From an uncultured Gammaproteobacteria bacterium (GTDB lineage Bacteria; Patescibacteriota; Microgenomatia; UBA8517): a stretch of DNA of 59,842 bases. The notes beneath the pieces are model-generated. The model ran no database searches and had not been told where the DNA came from. It worked only from the letters and a program-made list of their open reading frames with translations. The DNA is taken from NCBI GenBank assembly GCA_964541395.1, contig CAZIPM010000003.1:24655-84496 (forward strand), written 5' to 3'. Numbering within the stretch: the first letter of the stretch is position 1; each line of letters opens with the position of its first letter. This document shows, one piece after another, positions 44,230 through 51,900 of the stretch. The translations under genes and the position numbers were made by a program.

Positions 44230-45345
44230 ATGATAATTAACAGGAAGATTGAGCCTGCTATAATAAATAGACTTTTTCAAGGAAAAGTTATAGTAATCTA
44301 TGGTCCAAGGAGATCAGGTAAAACTACTTTAGTCAAAAATATTCAAGGAATGTATCATTCGGAAAGTATATATTTAAACTGTGACGAACCTGACATACGC
44401 CAAGCTTTAACAGATAAAACATCTACTGAACTTATAAATTATGTCGGTAAGAATAGACTGGTAATAATTGACGAGGCTCAGAGAGTTAAAAATATCGGAA
44501 TTACACTAAAACTTCTGGTGGATAATTTTCCGCAAACTCAAATTATAGCCACAGGCTCCTCATCTCTTGACCTTTCAAATAAAATAAATGAACCTTTAAC
44601 GGGACGTGTACTTGACTTTTTCCTACCTCCTTTTTCACTTAAAGAGATATCTGAAGATAAAATTGAAGCTATAAGAAATCTTGAACAAAGAATGATCTAT
44701 GGAAGTTACCCTGAAGTAGTGATGGATATCAAAAATGCGGAAGAAAATATTAGAGAAATATTTAAAAAATATCTTTACAAAGATGTATTAGAATATCAAG
44801 GGATTAAAAATCCCGATGTACTGGAGAAACTTTTAACAGCTTTGGCTCTTCAGATCGGATGTGAAGTTTCTTATCCTGAGCTTGCAACGCTTCTCCAGAT
44901 TGATCAAAAAACTGTAGCTTCGTATGTACGACTTCTTGAATTTGCATTTATTATTTTCAGATTACCTCCACTTTCCAGAAACCTCCGTAAAGAAATTGCC
45001 AAATCAAGAAAGATATATTTCTGGGATTTAGGCATTCGAAATGCAGCAATAAATAACTTTAATTTGTTGGAAATGAGATCAGATGTTGGAAACTTGTGGG
45101 AAAGTTTTTTAGTCTCAGAAAGAATGAAAACAAACCAAATCCTAAGAAAGTTTCCAAATAAATATTTCTGGAGAACTTGGAGTAAAGAAGAAATTGATTA
45201 TATTGAAGAAGAAGGTGGAACTTTTAGTGCTTTTGAAATTAAATGGTCAAAATCAAACAAAAAACCATCAAAAGTGTGGACTGATGCATATCCAAATTCA
45301 GATTGGAAAGTAATTACAAAAGAAAACTTTTTAGATTTTATTTGA
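44230..45345 (+). CDS. AAA+ ATPase with DUF4143/PD-(D/E)xK-like C-terminus (COG1373 type)
   Basis: 371 aa. Walker A IYGPRRSGKTT, Walker B LVIIDEAQ, C-terminal EIDYIEEEGGTFSAFEIKW. Its 3' end overlaps the convergent exosortase gene by 15 nt. Confidence 0.85.
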   Translation: MIINRKIEPAIINRLFQGKVIVIYGPRRSGKTTLVKNIQGMYHSESIYLNCDEPDIRQALTDKTSTELINYVGKNRLVIIDEAQRVKNIGITLKLLVDNFPQTQIIATGSSSLDLSNKINEPLTGRVLDFFLPPFSLKEISEDKIEAIRNLEQRMIYGSYPEVVMDIKNAEENIREIFKKYLYKDVLEYQGIKNPDVLEKLLTALALQIGCEVSYPELATLLQIDQKTVASYVRLLEFAFIIFRLPPLSRNLRKEIAKSRKIYFWDLGIRNAAINNFNLLEMRSDVGNLWESFLVSERMKTNQILRKFPNKYFWRTWSKEEIDYIEEEGGTFSAFEIKWSKSNKKPSKVWTDAYPNSDWKVITKENFLDFI

Positions 45346-45921
45346 ATTTTTGTAGTCAATAAATTTTTCATCCAGAACATAAGTATAGCTAAACCACCAG
45401 AATGTGATCAGCCAAATAAGTGTTAGAAATGCAGCAAAGTAGTCATGAATTATCTGAGCTGCAAGCGAATTGATGTAATAAATTCCTATGGCTATAATAC
45501 TCATCCTGAAAATGTTAAGAAGAAGTGTTCCAAAAAGACCCAGTGCTACACACTTTGCTCTAGATAGATTAGTATAGTTACCTTTAAGACCAGCAACCAA
45601 AGAAACAATGAGAAGCAAAGCTGACTGCCAACCCAAACAGTTCCAAGACAGATCAACAGGTATACTTGTCCCTTTCTTAATCATATAGAAGGTTGAAAGC
45701 CTGGAGTTGGGAGTTACCCTTGAATCAATACCAAATGGAGAAATGGCAACTGCCACCATTCTTGCCTGCCAAGGAACTATATACTTTTGAATCGGACGCC
45801 ACCAACCTGCATGATTTAACCCTTCCGTAAAAAAAGAATTCATTGCAGCAAAAACAGGAAGAAGTGTCATGACAATTACAAATCCAGCCAAAATAGTTTT
45901 GAATGTTTTCTTTTGTTCCAT
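45331..45921 (-). CDS. Minimal exosortase/archaeosortase-family protein (putative transpeptidase for giant 3 and probably giant 2)
   Basis: 196 aa with about 5 TM segments. Motifs: WNCLGWQS (CxGxxS), LLNIFRM (NxxR), IHDY (His). It shares PIQ..IVP, C[IL]GWQS, NIFR and IWL..FWW with the 28318..28884 product. Its start lies 3 nt after the giant 3 stop. Confidence 0.65.
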   Translation of the reverse strand: MEQKKTFKTILAGFVIVMTLLPVFAAMNSFFTEGLNHAGWWRPIQKYIVPWQARMVAVAISPFGIDSRVTPNSRLSTFYMIKKGTSIPVDLSWNCLGWQSALLLIVSLVAGLKGNYTNLSRAKCVALGLFGTLLLNIFRMSIIAIGIYYINSLAAQIIHDYFAAFLTLIWLITFWWFSYTYVLDEKFIDYKNSNKI

Positions 45922-45924
45922 AAC

Positions 45925-48900
45925 TTATAGTACTGCTTTCTTTTTCTTCTTTATTCTTTTAATCAGTTTATTAAACAAAGGATAAAGACCAAGAAGTAGT
46001 AGTGGATTTTCAGGAACAGTTGTAAATTCCGGAACTACTGTATATGTTTCAAGAACCGAGTTATCAGATCTAACTACTCTTAAGCAGTAAGTGGTATTGT
46101 CTGCTGCTGCATTATCTTCAATAGTAAAGTCCCATTTACCATCTTCCCCTGCTCCAATTATAGCTTGTGAATTAGTAAAGTTGTTTGCTTCTTCATATGT
46201 CTGATTTCTATTTGTATGACCATGCGTGGGATCATTGGTATTATTGGTTAGTGCTGCGCCGTCAGTAACTCCACCTCCGTTATTATCAAAGTATCTAATG
46301 TTTCCGGATGAGGGAGATAAATCGGAATATGATTCGTCGGTAGTTCCCATATTAGTGTCACATGTTCCTCCAACTTTGGAGGCAATTTGAATTTTAAAGT
46401 TATCACCCGATGATGCTAATTGGCTTCCTCCTATATGGAGCTGTAATCTCATTCTGATGACCTGACCATCTGATGTCATCCCAGCAGCGGTATCTTGGTT
46501 GGCAAGTACGGCACCGACATCTGTAGAATTGTTGTTATAAAAAAATCGGTAAGTAGATAAATCATAATAAGTAACTACTTTTTCATCATAACGAGCAAAA
46601 CCCGTTGCACCGGCGGACCCGTCGTCCCAAACATAACCAACAACTTTCGCGCTACCGTTACCGGCACTATGGGTAAACAACTGCGCCCGGAGCCAATCGG
46701 CTCCATTCGTCGGATCTTTTTCCTGAACATCCGTAGTCCAGCTCCCGGATACCCGGGTATCGTAATAGATATCATCGGCATCCGTACTATTAGCAAACAA
46801 CGCATGGAGCTTGTCTGTTGCATCATCCGCCGCGATGTCTGCTATCGGTTCTCCGTTTTGTCCCTCCTGAAACTGTATCGCCGCGTCGCTGACCACGGTT
46901 TCGGAGGGAGACGGTGTATCTCCTATCGCCCAGGTGGAAATGTATAATTTGTTGTCATCGATATCCCTGTACGAAACACCAACCCGTTCCGTGGCTCCAT
47001 CTGTCCAATTGATAAGCGGCGTGAGATCCGCATAATCGCTAGACGTGCTCATGTTGGCGGTAGAGGGGCCATTGATGAGTACCCGTCCGTTGAGCACATC
47101 GCCGGTGGTAAGTGTTTTGACATATATATTGAGTTTACTGCTTGCCATGGCGGTATAGACGATATGGATCCTGTCGGTTGAGTCCCGTATCACGGCAGCT
47201 GCTAAGGTATCGGTCGATGCCGTGGAATCCAGGCGGATCGGAGCCGCCCACGTCCCTCCGGAAGAGCGGATGCTGTACCAGAGCTGTTCATTGGACCCCG
47301 ATAATGCACCCCGGTAAACAGCAATCGTGGTACCGTCACCCCGCCGCACAATTGCGGCTTGCTGCGCGCCAGGGCTCACATCTTCGATCAATTGGTCATT
47401 CACTGCCCAGGTATCCGGGGTCGTAGCATGGGTGGAAACGTTGAACTCATAGTAATTAGCCGAATCACTGTTGTTCGGGCCCTGCATGGTAATATAGAGC
47501 GTATTCCCCCGCAGATCCATATCCGCAGCTTCCAGATCGAACTCCTGGGAAGCAGTGGAAACCCCGACCGGGTTCCATGAGTCCCCGCCGTCCGTTGACT
47601 TCATCATCGCCGGACTGTTGCTGCCGCTGCCGGTTTGGATATCTGTATACTCGGACAGATAATAGAGATTTTTGTTGCCGTCGACAGCAAAGTAGCGCAT
47701 CGGCGTTTCCATTACCGATCCGCCGATATGGCCGACTCTATTGGAAATCGTGACCGTCGGCGTTTGACTGTAGGTCGTGAGTATCCCACCACCAGAGCGG
47801 CGGAGCCGGAATTTATAGGTCGTCCCATCGGCATTGTGCCCCTGCTCTTCGTAGAGTTTGCGCATCAGGACCGGAAATTCGTATTCCGTATGTGAGGGGT
47901 CTGTAAAGGATACCGACGCTGCCTGATAATCTTCACTCCCGGTTCCGGCGATAAAAGTTGCAGCACTTTGGGACAGCAGGTTAGTTGTGGCCGCGCCATC
48001 GACAAACTGCGCAGACGGGATAACCTGCGCCCCCCATTGCCCGCTGGTGGAACCCGCTGCCCAGGGGGTTGCATTATCCGGACCCCGCCGATAGTCGCCG
48101 TCATTTCTCGAGTACCATAACTCAAACCCTGAAGCGAGTGCGCCGCCGCTGGGGCGTTCGACTTCGAGGCGGATACGGAAATCGTAATCCGGATTGATAC
48201 TTGCGTTTGAATTAAGCGTATTTGCCCAGTCTGCATCGGCATTGGCACTGAGCGCCTTACTGTCATCCGCCCGGATCCGGAACGCGGTCTGAGAAAACGT
48301 CGGGGTCGAGGTGCCGTTCATCCGTATTTCCGCACCCAGTCCGATCCAGTTGGCGCTCGTCGGCGACCAGCTGGCACTGCCGGTTGTTTCGAATGCATCA
48401 CCTCGGTATTGCGTTTCCAACGCCTTGCCCGGATTGGATGTAGCCAGATCATCAAGCTCTGTCCAGTTAGTCCGGAATGTCGTTGCTTCATTGACAGGAT
48501 GGGCAAAGGCGGAAATTGGCCGGTTGTTGGAATCCTGAGCTGAAGCAAAAGGGATCGACCCGCTGGTTGCGGCTGTACCGGTAGCCCGGGCCAGCTGCAC
48601 AAACGCTCCAGAGACGCCGTTTGTTAAATCGACTCCGGAAACGGAAAAAAAGCTCGCAGCCAGTCCGGCCTGCGTAAAGTTCCCGAAATCAAACGTAACC
48701 GTACCATTTTGGGATCCGCTTGCCGCGGCGGCATACAAAAACAACCGTTCCCGATCGAGATATACTTCGTCGATAAGCGTATACGTAATGTTCTGTGTAT
48801 TGGTCACGGTGGGAACCGGTGGACGTTTAGAGGTCGGCGCATGCGCCAGAACAAATACGATAACCATGCCGGAAGTCGGCGGGGTCCAGGCACTGGATTC

Positions 48901-51900
48901 ATACGTCTTGGAATCAGTGCCGGTGTTGATGTCCCCGCTCTGATTGGTAAAAGCCAATGCATTAGTACTCACTGTAAATGTTGGTGTGGCTACAATTTGA
49001 CTTGCTCCGACAAGAGCTGTTGCGGGAATAGTTGCAGTTATAGTTTCCTGAGCGGTTATATTATAAGAAGCAAAAGCGTCAAGTGTAATAGTTACCACAG
49101 TATCACTTGTCCGGGCGACATTTGCTACACTGATATTATTTTTTACGATAGTATCCCAGCCGGTTCCTTCAGATTGAGCTGAGTCTAAACCGGATCTAAT
49201 TTCATCCCGTTGATTATCAAATGTTGATCCGGATGCGACCCAGGTGGTTCCTGTTAGGGTCAGAATAACTGTCTTACCCCCGGTGACGATATCTGATTCA
49301 GCTATACTCGCTGTCACCGTTCCGGTAAGCGCAGCTGTTGGTTCATAAATTGCTGCCAAAATTGTAATTGGGTTTGTATTTGTCCAACCGGTCGACGTAA
49401 CAGTGTCAGAAGTAAGAGTCGCAATACGTGTTTGCACATGTGTGGCTATATTAATATCGAGAGCTCCTGTAGTTGAAGTTATTGTATCAATCCTCTCGGT
49501 ATAGTCTGCATCAGCCGCCTTGGCTGCATCTTCTCCTTCTGATGCCGCAGCTCCAATAAGTAAATACTCACGGGATGGAAGTGAAGAAACTGAAGCTGAT
49601 ATTGCAGCTTGTCCTACTCCGACTTGTTCAATAGCCCAACCTGTACCGTTACCGAAAGTTGCTTCAAAAACCGAAATAATTTTATCGACTTTGGCTGTGC
49701 CCAAAGTCAATGTTATTGAGTCGGTGGTATCGATCTGAGTTGTGACCTTTGTCGCAAACAATCCTACAGTTGAACCATCATCTGCTGCTCCATCTGTTTC
49801 TGTATACTCAGCAATTCTGGTCCAGGTATGCCCGTCTGTATCGGAAATTGAATGCAGTGTACTTGCACCGTCTGCTGTCTGATTATTGTCTGAGGCAGTA
49901 GCAACAAATGCTATTTTACCGACTGTGATATTGGCATCGGGAGATACTGCTACAGTCGTACCGCTTGCATCGTTTGTGTCAGCAAATCCACGGACAGTTA
50001 CGGCTGAAATGGTGGCTTTTGCTTCTTCAATTTTAGGTGGAAATCTGGGCTTATTCCAAAAAACAGGATAGCCTGATAATAACCAGGAAGCAATTAGACA
50101 AGACACAACCACTAATTTAATTGCCCTCTTGAATGTTCTTTTGTTTCTTCTGGCTAAAAATATTAAGGCAGACAATGTAAATATAACGACTAAAGCCAGA
50201 GAAACTTTCAGAGTCTCCATTGAAACCTGTTTGACCCCACTGACAACTATTTTTTGTACTTTGTCCGCACTGGCCAGAACTTCAGTCGGTGAGAATAAAT
50301 TTAACAAAGAAGCCGTAAAATTGCCTTCATCTCCAACCCTTTCTACTCTGGTTTGAATAGGAAGGTCTGCTATTGATCCAGTCTTTATGGTGCTACCCAG
50401 ATATGAAAGTAATATCGATGATAATACTGAGATTATTACAACGAAATTACCAATCAGGCTGTATTTTTTGGGCATAATTTTAAAGGAATCAAATTTACTG
50501 TTGGCTGTTGTTAAAGCTAAGTATTTATAGTCCTCCTTCAGTTCTCCATTAGAACCAATTGGTTTAACCGGCAAGATGCCTGAAATGAAGCGGTAAAATC
50601 TACCTCTGGCAAAGATGTCAGTAATTCTTCCTGTTTTTGGAGTTCTGAACCAAGGACCTTCTTCTTTTTCGATAAATCCTTTAACTGCTGCATATGCCTG
50701 GAAAGGTACTATTATATAGGAGAGGGCCATAAAGCTGCCCAGTCCCAGATAGTCTCTTTCATCCGACTCCTCCAAAAATAACCCTACGGAGTTAAGAAGA
50801 GGAAGAGAAATCATGTTGGTTAAAACCAAGCTCCATCCCCAAAGCTCGGTCCAGAAAGGCAAACGCACTTTAAAGATGGTTTCCGAAATTAACCAGGATA
50901 GAGTTCCTACCATAAAAAACAAGGCTTGAAGGTAATATGGAGTTAAATAGACAAACTCAAATTTCTCAGCTTTGCTAAGATTGGGATTAGTCAAAAGTTT
51001 GCTAAACATCTTTCTGACATTAAAAGAGTGCCCTTCTGCCCAACGCATTCTTTGTCTGATCAGTCTCTTAAGTGTAGAAGCACATTCAGCGGGTGCCTGG
51101 ATATATGGAGTGTAAATTACTTTGTAACCTGCATCATATAATCTTAGGGTCAGTTCAAAGTCCTCTGTAATAGAAGTCCCCCATCCCAGTTCTTCCAGTA
51201 CATCCTTTTTGATCATATAAACGGAACCTGATATTTGTTTTAATCCTCCATAAATTTCAGCACCCGATCTTTCTATGACATAACTTCCTGCATACTCCGA
51301 TCTGACTCCCCTGGTTATCCAGTTTTCAGATTTATTAAGAACATGCCACTGGTAGCCCTGAACAGCCGCTGCTCTTGGATCATTCTGTGCCTGGAAGTAT
51401 TTCAAAAACAAAGTCAGTGAATCAGGGTAAGGCACAAAATCAGCGTCGAATATCGATACTTTTTCGGTTCTGGGATCAGATAATTTTAAGGCCAAATTTA
51501 AAGCGCCACCTTTATAACCGGATCTTGAAGATCTATGAAGATGTTTCAGGGTTACTCCCGGCTTAACTTCAACTTCTGTCAGTGTATACCCCTCCCCTTT
51601 AGTAATTTTCATTTTTTCTCCCTCAAACAAATACCTTTTCATCCTGGTTTGAATAATTTGGGTAGTCTCATCTGTTGAATCATCACACAAAATAACTTCA
51701 TAGGCAGGATAGTCAAACGAAACAGCTGCATGGATGGATCTTTCCACAACATTCTTTTCGTTATAGAAAGGAATCTGGACCGAAATAAAAGGTTTTTTGG
51801 TAAGCTTGATATGAGAAAGATCAGCGGTCAAACCAACAGATGTCTCATTTCCTGTTTTATTCTTTTTAATCAGCCAATCAAGCATGCCACCCGATGCCTG

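Noticed and set aside
46575-49182. Cluster of 70-160-aa ORFs on both strands inside giant 3 (for example 47865-48266, 48709-49182 and 47142-47426).
   Set aside because: They lie entirely within the GC-rich block, where stop codons are rare in all frames. Their translations are Arg/Pro/Gly-rich nonsense. The long frame has clear homology to giant 2. They are compositional artefacts.
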